Positions 37,983-50,638 of a stretch of 64,000 nucleotides of DNA are shown here, piece after piece (positions within the stretch are counted from its first letter, which is position 1; the number at the start of each line of letters is the position of its first letter). The DNA is from an uncultured Actinomycetes bacterium (GTDB lineage: Bacteria > Actinomycetota > UBA4738 > HRBIN12). The notes under the pieces were generated by a model. It searched no databases. It was given only the letters and a program-made list of their open reading frames with translations, and was not told the DNA's origin. The position numbers were made by a program, and so were the translations under genes. The stretch covers positions 2,065,954-2,129,953 of the forward strand of contig CAVRAV010000001.1 in NCBI GenBank assembly GCA_963719165.1. Direction: 5' to 3'.

Positions 37983-37984
37983 GT

Positions 37985-39418
37985 ATGTCGCTTGCGTATT
38001 CCGAACGAACGGCCCGAGACGCCTGGGCCGGCATCCTAGAGCGAGCCCGCCAAGACCTGCCGGAAACCACCATCGTCATGTGGTTTTCCGACGTGCAGGC
38101 TATCGGGCTCGCCGACGACGTCCTCTCGCTCGCGGTTCCCAGCCAACTTGTCCGTGAGCGACTGCAACACAACCATCTTCCCCTGATCGAGGAAACCGCC
38201 GCGGACCTCGTCGGCCGTCCCGTGAAGATCGAGATCGACGTCGACGAGGGCTTGCGCACCGAGCCCGGGCAGGGACTCGACGCCGCGGAGGACCTCGTGG
38301 CGGGGCCGCCCCCGGCCGCGTTCGCGGCCATCGGTGCGCCCACCGAAGGCCCGGCCGGCCGAGGCGATCTCGGCGCCCCCGGCCTCCCGTTCCCCAACTA
38401 CACCTTCGACGCCTTCGTCCCCGGGCCCTCGAACCGGTTCGCCCATGCCGCCGCGATGGCCGTCGCCGAGGCGACGCCCTCCACGGCCTACAACCCGTTG
38501 TTCATCTACGGGGCGACGGGGCTGGGCAAGACCCACCTGTTGATCGCCGTCGGCCATCACATGCACCGTCTCGCGCCGGGGATCCGGGTGAAGTACGTGA
38601 CGTCGGAGCGCTTCGTGACCGAGTTCATCAAGGCGGTCCGCGAGCGCCAGGGCGATGGCTTCCGGCAGCGGTACCGCGAGGTCGACATCCTGCTCGTCGA
38701 CGACATCCAGTTCCTGGCCAAGCGCGAGGAGACGCAGACCGAGTTCTTCCACACGTTCAACCACCTGCACGGCGCCGGCAAACAGATCGTGATCGCCTCC
38801 GACCGCCCCCCGCACGAGCTGGCGGGGCTGGAGGAACGCCTGGTCAGCCGGTTCCGGTGGGGTCTGTGCGTGGACGTGCAGCCACCCGACCTGGAGACGC
38901 GGATCGCGATCTTGCAGCTCAAGGCCGAGCGCGACCACATCCAGGTCCCGCCTGAGGTCGTGGAGTTCGTAGCCTCCAAGTTCGATCAAAGCGTGCGGGA
39001 GCTCGAGGGAGCGCTCGTGCGCGTGATGGCTTGGTCGGAGCTCACCAGCCAGCCCATCGACATCACGCTCGGCGAGCGCGCGCTCCAGGACCTGATACCG
39101 CAGACGGAGAACGAGATCCCCCCGCAGCTGATCTTGGAGGAGACCGCGACCTACTTCCAGCTGTCCACGGGCGACCTCATCTCCAAGTCGCGGAGCCGGC
39201 CCCTGACGCAGGCGCGCCATATCGCGATGTACCTCGTGCGCGAGAACACCGGCCTCTCGCTGGTGAAGATCGGCGAGATCTTCGGTGGACGCGACCACAC
39301 GACCGCACTGCACGGGATCAAGAAGGTTGAGGCGGACATGCGGGCTCGCGACGCAACGTTTCGTCAGGTCCAGGACCTCACGCGCAGCATCCGTGGCCGC
39401 GCCCGGGGCGCCGCATGA
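37985..39418 (+). CDS. dnaA: Chromosomal replication initiator DnaA
   Basis: From ATG 37985. AAA+ Walker [11 protein letters not shown], Walker B LLVDDIQF, and domain IV ([38 protein letters not shown]). Confidence 0.95.
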   Translation: MSLAYSERTARDAWAGILERARQDLPETTIVMWFSDVQAIGLADDVLSLAVPSQLVRERLQHNHLPLIEETAADLVGRPVKIEIDVDEGLRTEPGQGLDAAEDLVAGPPPAAFAAIGAPTEGPAGRGDLGAPGLPFPNYTFDAFVPGPSNRFAHAAAMAVAEATPSTAYNPLFIYGATGLGKTHLLIAVGHHMHRLAPGIRVKYVTSERFVTEFIKAVRERQGDGFRQRYREVDILLVDDIQFLAKREETQTEFFHTFNHLHGAGKQIVIASDRPPHELAGLEERLVSRFRWGLCVDVQPPDLETRIAILQLKAERDHIQVPPEVVEFVASKFDQSVRELEGALVRVMAWSELTSQPIDITLGERALQDLIPQTENEIPPQLILEETATYFQLSTGDLISKSRSRPLTQARHIAMYLVRENTGLSLVKIGEIFGGRDHTTALHGIKKVEADMRARDATFRQVQDLTRSIRGRARGAA

Positions 39419-39442
39419 GGGTGAGGAGAGATCCCCAACGCC

Positions 39443-39630
39443 GGTGGACAACCACGTCGTCCGCGGTGCGTAGTTCGTCTCACTCGGGGCGGCATCGGCG
39501 GAACGACAGCACTTGCCCACCGCTCGTCCCCATGTCTCTCGATGTCGCTACGCTGGGGAAACGGTATGCGAATCCAGATTTGCACAGTCCCTACTACCGA
39601 AGTACTCATTCAAAGAACTGCGATAAGAGC
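39443..39630. other. dnaA-dnaN intergenic region: one DnaA box plus an AT-rich stretch (candidate unwinding element)
   Basis: GGTGGACAA (39443-39451, reverse complement TTGTCCACC). A ~72-nt stretch around 39558-39630 counted at about 44 percent GC in an otherwise ~70 percent GC context. Confidence 0.4.
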
Positions 39631-39644
39631 AGGAGGTGGGCACG

Positions 39645-40748
39645 GTGAAGTTCCGATGTGACCGCGACGCGCTCTCCGAAGCGTTGCAGACCGTCCAGCG
39701 CGGGGTGTCGTCCCGCCCGGGGATCCCGGCCCTCACGGGCGTGCTGCTCGACGCCGCCGAGGAAGGGCGCCTGACCCTGACGACCACGGACCTCGAAGTA
39801 TCCGCGCGGCTGTCCATCGAGGTCCAGGTCCTGGAGCCGGGGGTGGCGCTGATCCCCGCCCGGTTGCTGGGCGACACGGTGAAGTCACTCTCGGATGCTC
39901 CGGTCGATTTCGAAACGGACCAGTCACAGGCGCACATCCGTTGCGCTGCATATGAAGGCACCCTTCGCCTGCTGCCGGCCGAGGACTTCCCAGGTCTGCA
40001 GGAGCCGGCGGGGACCACCATCTCGGCGGAGGCCGGGGCGTTCGCGGAGGCGGTGAACCAGGTGGCGCGTGCCGCCTCCCGCGACGAGGCGCGGCCGGTG
40101 CTCACGGGCGTGCTGGTCGAGGTGAGCCGCGAGGGCGTGGTCATGGTGGCCACGGACTCGTATCGACTCGCGGTGCGGGACCTGGTCGCCACGGCGGACA
40201 GCGAGGGCAAGGCCATCGTGCCCGAACGCGCGCTCACGGAGGCCGGGCGCGCGGCGGCCGCCGACGAGAAGGGCACCGTGGCGGTGTCGCTGGACGATGC
40301 GCAGGTCGCCTTCCGGATCGGGGACCTCACGCTCACGTCTCGCCTGATCGAGGGCGAGTTCCCGAACTATCGCCAGCTCCTGCCCGAGCAGCACGAAAGC
40401 CGCCTCACGGTCTCGCGCCAGCAGTTGCTGGACGCCGTGCGCCGCGTCGGACTCCTCGCTCGCGACACCACGCCCGTGCGGATCGAGTTCAACGCGCTGG
40501 GCATCAAGCTGAGCAGTTCGAGCCCCGACCTCGGGCAAGCCGTCGAAACCGTCGAGGCCCGGTACGAGGGCGAAGACCTCACCGTCGCGTTCAACCCGCA
40601 GTACCTCGCCGACGGCCTCACCGCCTGTCACGGCGAATCGATCCGCCTGGACGTGCGCGACGGGCTGAAGCCGGGGGTGGTTCGCGGCGACGCCGACGCG
40701 TTCACGTACCTCGTCATGCCGGTGCGGCTGCCCGCGGCGGTCGGCTAG
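39645..40748 (+). CDS. dnaN: DNA polymerase III beta sliding clamp
   Basis: GTG 39645 lies 8 nt after AGGAGG (39631-39636). VKFRCDRDALSEALQTVQRGVSSR and a three-domain length. The ORF track start at 39636 overlaps the SD. Confidence 0.95.
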   Translation: MKFRCDRDALSEALQTVQRGVSSRPGIPALTGVLLDAAEEGRLTLTTTDLEVSARLSIEVQVLEPGVALIPARLLGDTVKSLSDAPVDFETDQSQAHIRCAAYEGTLRLLPAEDFPGLQEPAGTTISAEAGAFAEAVNQVARAASRDEARPVLTGVLVEVSREGVVMVATDSYRLAVRDLVATADSEGKAIVPERALTEAGRAAAADEKGTVAVSLDDAQVAFRIGDLTLTSRLIEGEFPNYRQLLPEQHESRLTVSRQQLLDAVRRVGLLARDTTPVRIEFNALGIKLSSSSPDLGQAVETVEARYEGEDLTVAFNPQYLADGLTACHGESIRLDVRDGLKPGVVRGDADAFTYLVMPVRLPAAVG

Positions 40749-40774
40749 CTCTCGGGGCGCGCGACCTTCCCCCT

Positions 40775-41878
40775 ATGCGTCTGTCGTGGGTCGAGCTGCG
40801 GGACTTCCGGAACCACGCCCACACGAGGATCGACCCGATGCCCGACGGGTTGATCGTGGCTGTGGGACCCAACGGGGAGGGCAAGACGAACCTGTTGGAA
40901 GGGATCCACTTCCTGTACGCGCTCGGCTCGCCCCGCGCGGCGGCCAACGGCACCCTCGTGCGCGAGGGAGCGAGCGCCGCGTACGCGCGCGGGGAGTTCG
41001 AGACGCTGGAGGGCAAGGTGCTCGTGGAGGCGGAGATCCCTTCCCAAGGCGCGAGCCGCGTTCAGGTGAACCGGTCGGCGGTGCGACGCAAGCGAGATCT
41101 CCGCAGGCAGGTCCGGGCCGTCTTGTTCGGCCCGTTCGATCTGCCCATCGTCATCGGGGATCCCGCGAAACGCCGCGCGTTCATGGACGAGGCTGTGATG
41201 GGGATCCGGCCGCTCAAGGAAGGCCTCTTCCCCGCGTACGACAGAGCGCTCCGCCAGCGCAATCGCCTGCTGAAGGAATGGGACGGCCCGGGTTTGCCCA
41301 GCGGCATGGAGGCGTGGGACGAGGAACTGGTGCAAGCCGGGGCCGCGCTGATCGCGGCCCGCGCCGAGGCGGTGGGGCGCGTGCGACCGTACGCGAGCGA
41401 GGAGTTCGAGCACCTCGCGGGCTACGGCCTCGCGTGTTCCTACCGCCCGAACGTGTGGTCCGAAGGCCAAGGCGCGCTCGAGGATGCTTTCCGCGCCAGA
41501 CTCGCGGAGCGGCGCGTGGACGAATCTCAGCGGCGGACGTCACTCGTGGGCCCACATCGCGACGATCTGGAGCTGTCCGTGCGCGACCTGGGCGCGCGTG
41601 CCTTCGGTTCTCACGGGGAGACGTGGGCGGCGGCCCTGTGCCTGCGGCTGGGGCTCGCGTCGGCGGTGGCCGAGGAACTGGGTGAGCCCCCGTTGCTGTT
41701 GGTGGACGACCCGTTCAGCGCGCTCGACCCGAGACGGCGCGATCAGATGGGGGAGCGGCTGGCGAGTCGCGGCGGTCAGGTCGTGATCTCGGTAGCCGAC
41801 GAGTCGCACGTGCCCTCCTCCGCGCGTGCCGTGTGGGCGATCCGTGCCGGCGTGGTGTCGGTGCGAGAGGCGGCCTGA
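40775..41878 (+). CDS. recF: DNA replication/repair protein RecF
   Basis: MRLSWVELRDFRNH, Walker A GPNGEGKTNLLE, and the signature and D-loop end LLLVDDPFSALD. Confidence 0.95.
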   Translation: MRLSWVELRDFRNHAHTRIDPMPDGLIVAVGPNGEGKTNLLEGIHFLYALGSPRAAANGTLVREGASAAYARGEFETLEGKVLVEAEIPSQGASRVQVNRSAVRRKRDLRRQVRAVLFGPFDLPIVIGDPAKRRAFMDEAVMGIRPLKEGLFPAYDRALRQRNRLLKEWDGPGLPSGMEAWDEELVQAGAALIAARAEAVGRVRPYASEEFEHLAGYGLACSYRPNVWSEGQGALEDAFRARLAERRVDESQRRTSLVGPHRDDLELSVRDLGARAFGSHGETWAAALCLRLGLASAVAEELGEPPLLLVDDPFSALDPRRRDQMGERLASRGGQVVISVADESHVPSSARAVWAIRAGVVSVREAA

Positions 41879-41879
41879 G

Positions 41880-42218
41880 ATGCCGCACGCGAAGGGGTTC
41901 GGCGGGCGCAAGGACGGCCGCAGCCCGGAGGCGGTGAGCATCGGCGACGTGGTGGACGGGCTGCTCGCCGAGGAGGTGTTCGCCCGGGGCATGCCGATCG
42001 CCCAGCTGGCGACCACCTGGCCGCAGCTGCTGGGAGAGCGACTGGGAGCGGAGACCTCTCCGCTGTCGCTGGAGGCGGGGGTGCTCACCGTGGGTGTCTC
42101 CAACGGCCCGTGGGGGGCGCAGGCGCGCTTCCTGCATGAGGAGATCCGCCGACGCGCGGACGATGCGCTGGGGGGCGGCAAGGTCCTGAGCATCCAGATC
42201 GTGATCCGCCCTCGCTGA
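41880..42218 (+). CDS. DUF721 domain protein (Rv0004/DciA-like)
   Basis: From ATG 41880, 1 nt after the recF stop. 112 aa. It occupies the conserved recF-gyrB position. LATTWPQLLGERLGAETSPLSLEAGVLTVGVSNGPWGAQARF. Confidence 0.8.
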   Translation: MPHAKGFGGRKDGRSPEAVSIGDVVDGLLAEEVFARGMPIAQLATTWPQLLGERLGAETSPLSLEAGVLTVGVSNGPWGAQARFLHEEIRRRADDALGGGKVLSIQIVIRPR

Positions 42219-42294
42219 CGTGAGGGTAGGAGGCCAGGGTCGCCCGGGAACGACGATGCGAGCGACCGGAAACGTGCCGGAAACGTGCAGGTAG

Positions 42295-44355
<2,061 letters not shown>

Positions 44356-44375
44356 ACAGGAGCTGATCGCACACC

Positions 44376-46826
44376 GTGGCGCAAGAAGGTCTGTTCGTCG
44401 GCAACATCGAACCCGTCCAACTCGAGGACGAGATCCAACGCTCGTACCTGGACTACTCCATGTCGGTCATCGTCGGGCGGGCGCTGCCCGACGTGCGCGA
44501 CGGGCTCAAGCCCGTCCATAAGCGGATCCTGTGGGCGATGCTCGAGGCCGGGTATCGGCCCGACCGTCCGCACCGCAAGTGCGCGGCCGTGATCGGCGAC
44601 GTGCTGAAGAAGTACCACCCGCACGGCGACCAGTCGGTCTACGACGCGCTCGTGCGCATGGCCCAGGACTGGTCCCTGCGCTACCCGCTCGTCGACGGCC
44701 ACGGCAACTTCGGTTCCGTCGACGGCGATCCGGCCGCGGCCTACCGCTACACGGAGGCCCGCCTCGCGCCCATGGCCATGGAGCTGCTGCGCGACATCGA
44801 CTCGGAGACGGTCGACTTCTATCCGAACTTCGACGGGTACGAGCAGCAGCCGTTCGTCCTGCCATCGCGCTTCCCGAACCTCTTGGTCAACGGCGCCGGG
44901 GGCATCGCCGTCGGCATGGCCACGAACATCCCGCCGCACAACCTCGGTGAGGTGATCGACGGGGTCGTGCACTACCTCGACAACCCGGAGGCCACCCCCG
45001 GCGAGCTCATGAAGTTCATCAAGGCCCCCGACTTTCCCACCGGCGCGACCATCATGGGTCGCCAAGGCATCCGCGATGCCTATGAGACCGGTCGCGGCTC
45101 GCTGCGCGTGCGCGCCGTCACGCAGATCGAAGAGGGCGCCAACGGCAAGAGCAAGATCGTCGTGACCGAGCTCCCGTACCAGGTGAACAAGGCGCGGCTG
45201 GCGGAGAAGATCGCCGACTTGGTCAAGACCCAGAAGATCAAGGACATCGCCGACCTCAAGGACGAGTCCAACCGCGAGGGCATGCGCCTCGTCATCGAGA
45301 CCAAGCGCGGTGCCAGCCCACACGTCGTCCTCAACCAGCTCTACAAGCACACCCAGCTGCAGGAGACGTTCGGCGTCATCCTGCTGGCGCTGGTCGACGG
45401 CATCCCGCGCACGCTGAACCTGGCCGAGATGGTGGGCTACTACGTCGATCACCAGGTCGATGTCGTGACGCGCAGGACGAGGTTCGACCTGCGGAAGGCC
45501 CAGGAGCGCGATCACATCGTGCTCGGCCTGCTGATCGCCCTCGATCACCTCGACGAGGTCATCAAGATCATCCGGGCGTCGCGAGACGCGGAGACCGCTC
45601 GCACGAAGCTGATGAGCACCTTCGAGCTGAGCGAGATCCAGGCGAACCACATCCTTGATATGCCGCTGCGGCGCCTGACGAAGCTGGCGCGCGAGGAGCT
45701 GGACAAGGAGCACGGGGAGTTGCTCGAGCGGATCGGGTACCTCTCCTCGCTGCTCGACGACCCCGTGAAGCTGCGCGCCGTCATCAAGGAGGAGCTGGCC
45801 GAGATCCGCAAGAAGTACGCGGACGGACGTCGCACCACCGTGAGGGCCGACGATGGCGACTTCGACGTCGAGGACCTGATCGCTGAGGAAGACGTCATCA
45901 TCTCGGTGAGCCGAGCCGGCTACGTGAAACGGCTGCCCGTGGACGCCTTCAAGAGCCAGGGCCGCGGGGGCAAGGGCGTGCGCGGCCAGAACCTCAAGGA
46001 GGAAGACGTGGTCAAGCACGTCTTCACCACCACCACGCACAACTGGATGCTCTTCTTCACCACCAAGGGCCGCGTCTACCGCGTCAAGGCCCACGAGATC
46101 CCGGAGTCGGGCCGCACGGCGCGCGGGATGTACGCCGCGAACCTGCCCGGCGTGGCCCTCGATGGCGACGAGAGGATCAGCGCTGTGGTGGACCTGAAGG
46201 AGTACGACGACAGCCGGCACCTGTTGTTCGTGACGCGCAAGGGCATCGTCAAGAAGACCTCGCTGCCCGAATACGACTCGCCGCGGACCGGTCTCATCGC
46301 CATCAACCTGCGCGGCGATGACGAGCTGATCGACGTCCGGTTCACCGACGGGTCGGATGAGGTCCTCCTCGTTTCGCGCAAGGGGCAGGCCATCCGTTTC
46401 TCCGAAGCGCTGGTGCGACCCATGGGGCGGGCCACGGGCGGCGTGATCGGCATGCGACTCGACGGCGACGATCGCGTCCTGGCTGTCGGCATGATCTCGG
46501 AGGGCGAGGAGCTGATCAGCGTGACCGAGCAGGGGTACGGCAAGCGTTCCAAGCTCTCCGACTACCCGACCAAGGGACGAGGCGGGAAGGGCGTGATCGG
46601 ACACCAGCTCACGAAGAAGACGGGGCTCCTGGCCGGGGCCTACGTCGGGTCCAAGGACCTCGACATGTTCGTGATCTCCTCCAGCGGTCAGGTCGTTCGT
46701 GTACCCGCCCAGCAGATCCGTCGTGTGGGCCGCGCCAGCCAGGGCGTCCGCACCATGCGGGTGGAGGAAGGGGCCACCGTGGTCGCGCTCACGCCCGTCA
46801 TCACGCAGATGGACGAGGACGAGTAG
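44376..46826 (+). CDS. gyrA: DNA gyrase subunit A
   Basis: GTG start. [30 protein letters not shown], the catalytic [10 protein letters not shown], and a C-terminal beta-pinwheel. Confidence 0.95.
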   Translation: MAQEGLFVGNIEPVQLEDEIQRSYLDYSMSVIVGRALPDVRDGLKPVHKRILWAMLEAGYRPDRPHRKCAAVIGDVLKKYHPHGDQSVYDALVRMAQDWSLRYPLVDGHGNFGSVDGDPAAAYRYTEARLAPMAMELLRDIDSETVDFYPNFDGYEQQPFVLPSRFPNLLVNGAGGIAVGMATNIPPHNLGEVIDGVVHYLDNPEATPGELMKFIKAPDFPTGATIMGRQGIRDAYETGRGSLRVRAVTQIEEGANGKSKIVVTELPYQVNKARLAEKIADLVKTQKIKDIADLKDESNREGMRLVIETKRGASPHVVLNQLYKHTQLQETFGVILLALVDGIPRTLNLAEMVGYYVDHQVDVVTRRTRFDLRKAQERDHIVLGLLIALDHLDEVIKIIRASRDAETARTKLMSTFELSEIQANHILDMPLRRLTKLAREELDKEHGELLERIGYLSSLLDDPVKLRAVIKEELAEIRKKYADGRRTTVRADDGDFDVEDLIAEEDVIISVSRAGYVKRLPVDAFKSQGRGGKGVRGQNLKEEDVVKHVFTTTTHNWMLFFTTKGRVYRVKAHEIPESGRTARGMYAANLPGVALDGDERISAVVDLKEYDDSRHLLFVTRKGIVKKTSLPEYDSPRTGLIAINLRGDDELIDVRFTDGSDEVLLVSRKGQAIRFSEALVRPMGRATGGVIGMRLDGDDRVLAVGMISEGEELISVTEQGYGKRSKLSDYPTKGRGGKGVIGHQLTKKTGLLAGAYVGSKDLDMFVISSSGQVVRVPAQQIRRVGRASQGVRTMRVEEGATVVALTPVITQMDEDE

Positions 46827-46868
46827 GCCGAGGTCCCGAGGTTCCAGGGTCCGGAGGTCCCGAACCGC

Positions 46869-46901
46869 GATACCCCGGCCCGCCCGCCGGGCCGGGGTAT
46901 C
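46869..46901. terminator. Bidirectional GC hairpin between gyrA and the M23 peptidase gene
   Basis: A 14-bp perfect stem, GATACCCCGGCCCG and CGGGCCGGGGTATC, with a 5-nt loop. Confidence 0.6.
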
Positions 46902-46915
46902 GACGTTCCTGCGCC

Positions 46916-47710
46916 CTAGCAGACCGCCATCAGATACTCGTGAGGATCCACGGCGGGTCCGTCGTTCGGGTGCCACTCGAAGTGGTCGTGCGGCGATGTG
47001 GCGTCACCCGTCGTGCCCACGTAGCCGATCACGGTCCCGGCCTTGACGGCGCCGAGCTGTCCGTAGCTGGACAGGTGCGCGTTGTACACGTGGCCGAGGG
47101 CTCCGTACACGTCCACCGCCTGCCCGCCCAGCTCGTTGCCGGTGGCGACCGCCGTGCCATCGAACGGTGCCACGATCGGGGTGCCGCTGGCCGCCATCAT
47201 GTCGTTGCCCTGATGGATGTGCTGCGGCACCCCGGGGATGTCTACGAGGACTCCGAAGTTGTCGGCGACGTCGACCGGGCCCGCCACGGGGCAGTAGCGG
47301 AAGATGGCGTAGGTGTCGATCCAGTCGGCGAGCCGCTTCCGCTCCGCCTGCAGCTGGGCGACCCTGGCCTTGATCGTGCGGATCATCTCGTGCTCACGCT
47401 TGGTGAGGCGTCGCAGGGTGCTCCGGTGCTTCGAGGAGATCTCGCGCGAACTCGAACTGGCACCCCGCGCATCCGCCTGGTGGTTGATCTTGACGATGCG
47501 GGCCTTGTTGGCCGCGATCCACCGGTGCAGCAACAGACGCCGATCGTGACGCTCCGTGTGCAGATCCACGATCTTGGCCTGCAGGCTGTGCCGGATGTGG
47601 AGGGCCTCGTCCACGGAGGAGGTCGCGGCCGCGCTCGCCACCGCCAAACCCGCGAAGAGGCATCCCGCCAGTCCCACCGCCGCCACCCGGCGCACCCACG
47701 TTCGCGTCAT
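46916..47710 (-). CDS. M23 family metallopeptidase with N-terminal coiled-coil
   Basis: ATG 47710 is preceded by GGAGGG. It has a signal peptide. The M23 motifs are HQGNDMMAASGTPIVAPFDG, GYVGTTGDATSPHDHFEW. Confidence 0.85.
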   Translation of the reverse strand: MTRTWVRRVAAVGLAGCLFAGLAVASAAATSSVDEALHIRHSLQAKIVDLHTERHDRRLLLHRWIAANKARIVKINHQADARGASSSSREISSKHRSTLRRLTKREHEMIRTIKARVAQLQAERKRLADWIDTYAIFRYCPVAGPVDVADNFGVLVDIPGVPQHIHQGNDMMAASGTPIVAPFDGTAVATGNELGGQAVDVYGALGHVYNAHLSSYGQLGAVKAGTVIGYVGTTGDATSPHDHFEWHPNDGPAVDPHEYLMAVC

Positions 47711-47833
47711 CGAACCCTCCGAACCTCGTCGCTGATCTCGAATCTCCGGTATCGGCCTTTCGGGGCGACGTTCTTGAGTCCGGCGGAGACATCCGTAGTC
47801 ATCGCTGGCCATGTGATACGTACGTAGTGCGAC

Positions 47834-48160
47834 GTGGGCCGATCGGGGTCCGGCCCATCGGAGGGGCCCAGGCTCCGAACGTGGCATCATGCGGCGGTGG
47901 ACCGGACCCTGGGGATCGTGACGATGGTGGTGGCGTCCCTCGCGCTGCTCGCCATCGTTCGCTGGAGCCTTCCTCGCGCCCCTCGTCGCCGAACGGACGT
48001 CCTGCTTGCGGCCTCGGGCGCGCTACTCGGCCTCGGCGGGCTCCTGGTGCAGTCCGACGTCGGGGTCGGAGCGTGGTTGCTCACGCCGATCGCGGTGGCG
48101 ACGATCGCCGTCTTGCACGTGCGCGTCCTGTTCGCAGGCTCGGGTCCACTGCGAACCTAG
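47834..48160 (+). CDS. Small multi-TM hypothetical protein
   Basis: Three hydrophobic segments (IVTMVVASLALLAIV, VLLAASGALLGLGGLLV, AWLLTPIAVATIAVL). The start is uncertain and no family was recognised. Confidence 0.35.
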   Translation: MGRSGSGPSEGPRLRTWHHAAVDRTLGIVTMVVASLALLAIVRWSLPRAPRRRTDVLLAASGALLGLGGLLVQSDVGVGAWLLTPIAVATIAVLHVRVLFAGSGPLRT

Positions 48161-48223
48161 GGATGGCGATCCAAAGGAGGTTCCCTCGCCAGCGCGTGTT
48201 GAGGCCCTCCAGGGCGTACCCTG

Positions 48224-48925
48224 ATGCCTCAACCGAACAGGATGGCGCGTACGATCGAGAACCCAACCCGTTCCCAGGAACCACCACGCTCGGATCCGCC
48301 GCCAGGGGCGGCGCCGGCGCCTGGACCGGCGCCGGCCGTTCCCGGGCGCCACACGGCGATGGGCGCGGCCCCGGACGAACGCTGGGGGGCACCCGAAGAG
48401 ACCTCCCAGCCCACAGGAGAGACGGCCGGCGCGATTCCTGCAGGCTCGCCACCCGCTGGCGCACCACCGTCCACGGCGCCGCCTCCGACGGCCCGAGCGG
48501 CGCCCCCACGCGCCGCGCCTCGGCCCACGGCGCGACCCGCAGGGCGTGCCGCTCGCCGCACGCGCGTGGTGGTGCGCCGTGTCTCGCCCCTGTCGGTGCT
48601 GAAGTTCTCGCTGATCTTCTACTTCTGCGTGATGCTGATCGTCTTCTTCGCGTTGTTGATCATCTATCTCATCCTCTCAGCGGCAGGGGCGATGGACTCG
48701 TTCGCCAAGCTCCTGGGCGAGATCTTCGGCAGCGGCACCAGCACGCTCGGTCCCACGCCGGTGACGATCAACGGCGGCGCCGTTTTCACCGTCTTGTTCA
48801 TCGCAGGATGTGTGTGGACGGTCGTGTGGTCGCTGATCACGGTGTTCGTGTCGTTCCTCTACAACCTCGTGAGCGACATCGTGGGCGGGATCGAGATCAC
48901 ACTCGCCGAGAAGCCCCAGCGCTGA
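48224..48925 (+). CDS. DUF3566-type membrane protein (Rv0007-like)
   Basis: A Pro/Ala-rich N-terminus is followed by RVSPLSVLKFSLIFYFCVMLIVFFALLIIYLIL and ...LITVFVSFLYNLVSDIVGGIEITL. This is the conserved position downstream of gyrA. Confidence 0.8.
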   Translation: MPQPNRMARTIENPTRSQEPPRSDPPPGAAPAPGPAPAVPGRHTAMGAAPDERWGAPEETSQPTGETAGAIPAGSPPAGAPPSTAPPPTARAAPPRAAPRPTARPAGRAARRTRVVVRRVSPLSVLKFSLIFYFCVMLIVFFALLIIYLILSAAGAMDSFAKLLGEIFGSGTSTLGPTPVTINGGAVFTVLFIAGCVWTVVWSLITVFVSFLYNLVSDIVGGIEITLAEKPQR

Positions 48926-48998
48926 GGGCGTTCGATTGACGGGTCTCTGGGGCGTGGCTACGCTGGGTCACGGGCTCATCGCCCCACGATCGCGTACC

Positions 48999-49039
48999 TG
49001 GGGCCTGTAGCTCAGCTCGGTTAAGGCGCTTCCCTGATA
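48999..49039 (+). repeat. Direct repeat: degenerate copy of the 5-prime half of tRNA-Ile (candidate att site)
   Basis: TGGGGCCTGTAGCTCAGCTCGGTTAAGGCGCTTCCCTGATA matches 52178-52218 at 39 of 41 positions (AG versus GA in the D-stem). Identity decays after the anticodon loop, and there is no 3-prime half. Confidence 0.7.
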
Positions 49040-49430
49040 GGAGGACGAGCGTCTGGGCGCCGCAACCGTTCTCGTGAACCGCCAGGTCAGCGGCCCTCTA
49101 CTGCGTCCACCCAGTCACTCGGAGCACCGTGCGTGACCGAGTCGGTACACGTCTGGTGCACGACGGCTGGGGGTGGGAGTAGCGTTCCCGGCGCGGACGC
49201 GACCCGCCCGCCCTGATGGCCAGCAGACACCGCTTCGTCGAAGGTAGGTCCGCCGCGCAGCAGTGGCAGGTTCCGGGGCACGATGTGGTCGACCGACCCG
49301 AACTCCAACGTGAAGAGCGTGATCACCCTGATCGGGTCGAACGGTGGTGATGCGGGCCCGTCATCTTTCCATCGTGTGCGCCTCGGGACCCCGGTGGCAC
49401 CGGGGCCCCGAAACGCGGGGTGGACGGGGA

Positions 49431-50135
49431 CTACACCGTCGTCGCGGCGGCGGTTGACTCCAGCGCGGCGAGCGCGTCCGGCCTGTAGCCTTTGACGATC
49501 AAGTAGACACCAATCGACAACTCCCAGAAGCCTTCCGGGATCGTCATCACGCCCACGATCGCGCCACCGGGCTCGATCACATCGAGGACGACGAGGATCC
49601 CCGAGATGATGATGAGCGATCCACCGATCAGTCCGACCGTGGCCAAGCCACGGGGCATCAACTGGGACTTGTACATCAGCCAGCCAAGGATCAGGCCGTT
49701 CCCGACGCCGACCATGAAGCCCGGCCCGAGCCGGAAGCACCACTCGTAGACCGCCCGGAGTCCCTGCCCGAGGGCAGCGTCAGTTCCAGGTGGCGCGTCC
49801 TGCCTGAGGGTCGAAATCGCGAGCATGCAGGTGAGGCCGACCGCGATGAACATGCACTCCATCACGCGAGCCGTCACGAAACCCAGGGCGCCCGCTTCGT
49901 TGACGCGCTTGTGGATCGCGTACGGCACGACGGCCGTTCCGATGTTCGCGATGATGAGGATGAGCTCGAGCACAGCCCCGATCGCGATCATCGTCTTGGC
50001 ATCGGTTCCGGCGCCGGTGACGTAGTTCCCGTGATCGATAACCGGCTTGTAGAACACGAACCGCGCGGGTATCGAGGTCACGAAGGTGATGATCCACAAC
50101 CAGCCTGTGACGGTTGCGATCCTGCGGTAGTTCAT
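49431..50135 (-). CDS. DUF4386-like integral membrane protein
   Basis: 234 aa. MNYRRIATVTGWLWIITFVTSIPARFVFYKPVI...IAIGAVLELILIIANIGTAVVPYAI, with about 6 TM segments. A CCCCGGTG-G-CACCGGGG hairpin lies just downstream. Confidence 0.7.
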   Translation of the reverse strand: MNYRRIATVTGWLWIITFVTSIPARFVFYKPVIDHGNYVTGAGTDAKTMIAIGAVLELILIIANIGTAVVPYAIHKRVNEAGALGFVTARVMECMFIAVGLTCMLAISTLRQDAPPGTDAALGQGLRAVYEWCFRLGPGFMVGVGNGLILGWLMYKSQLMPRGLATVGLIGGSLIIISGILVVLDVIEPGGAIVGVMTIPEGFWELSIGVYLIVKGYRPDALAALESTAAATTV

Positions 50136-50638
50136 CCTGCCCCTCTCCTTCTAGGTACTGCACCGGTACCCCAGCCAAGCTCGGCCCGTACCAGCATCGC
50201 AACGACGCGACGGCGCCTTTCGCAATCACCTTCCTCGATGCAGCGCCTGGGTCGTCCACGGCCCGGACTCGCGGCGGCGGTCGGCTGCTAGATATTCGCC
50301 GACGCAACGCTGGGTGTCGAGAGCCTGGCGCTACAATTCAGCGCGCCTTTGGGAGCCAGGCTAGAGCACGATGGCTTGAAAGCTTGCCTCGATGTAACGG
50401 GTCCCTCGCGAGCCTGCAGTTGGATCATTGGTTGCTCCTTCGCGCGGCTAGTGCCGTGTAGAGGACGGGTTCCTGGCCGCGCGCTCCTGGCGGCCCCAGC
50501 CGGTGGCGAAACCGCCAGGTTGACCGGCACGGCATCACTGGGCGAATACTTCGCGGACCTCCTCCAACGTGAGCTGTTAGCGGCGTTCGCTGGCCGATCA
50601 ACGCCGTCCGACTCACGGGACCGCTCTACAATCCAGGC

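Noticed and set aside
49001-49077. A second functional tRNA-Ile gene.
   Set aside because: Only the 5-prime half is present. The D-stem is broken (AAGG instead of GAGC) and no T-arm or acceptor 3-prime strand follows.
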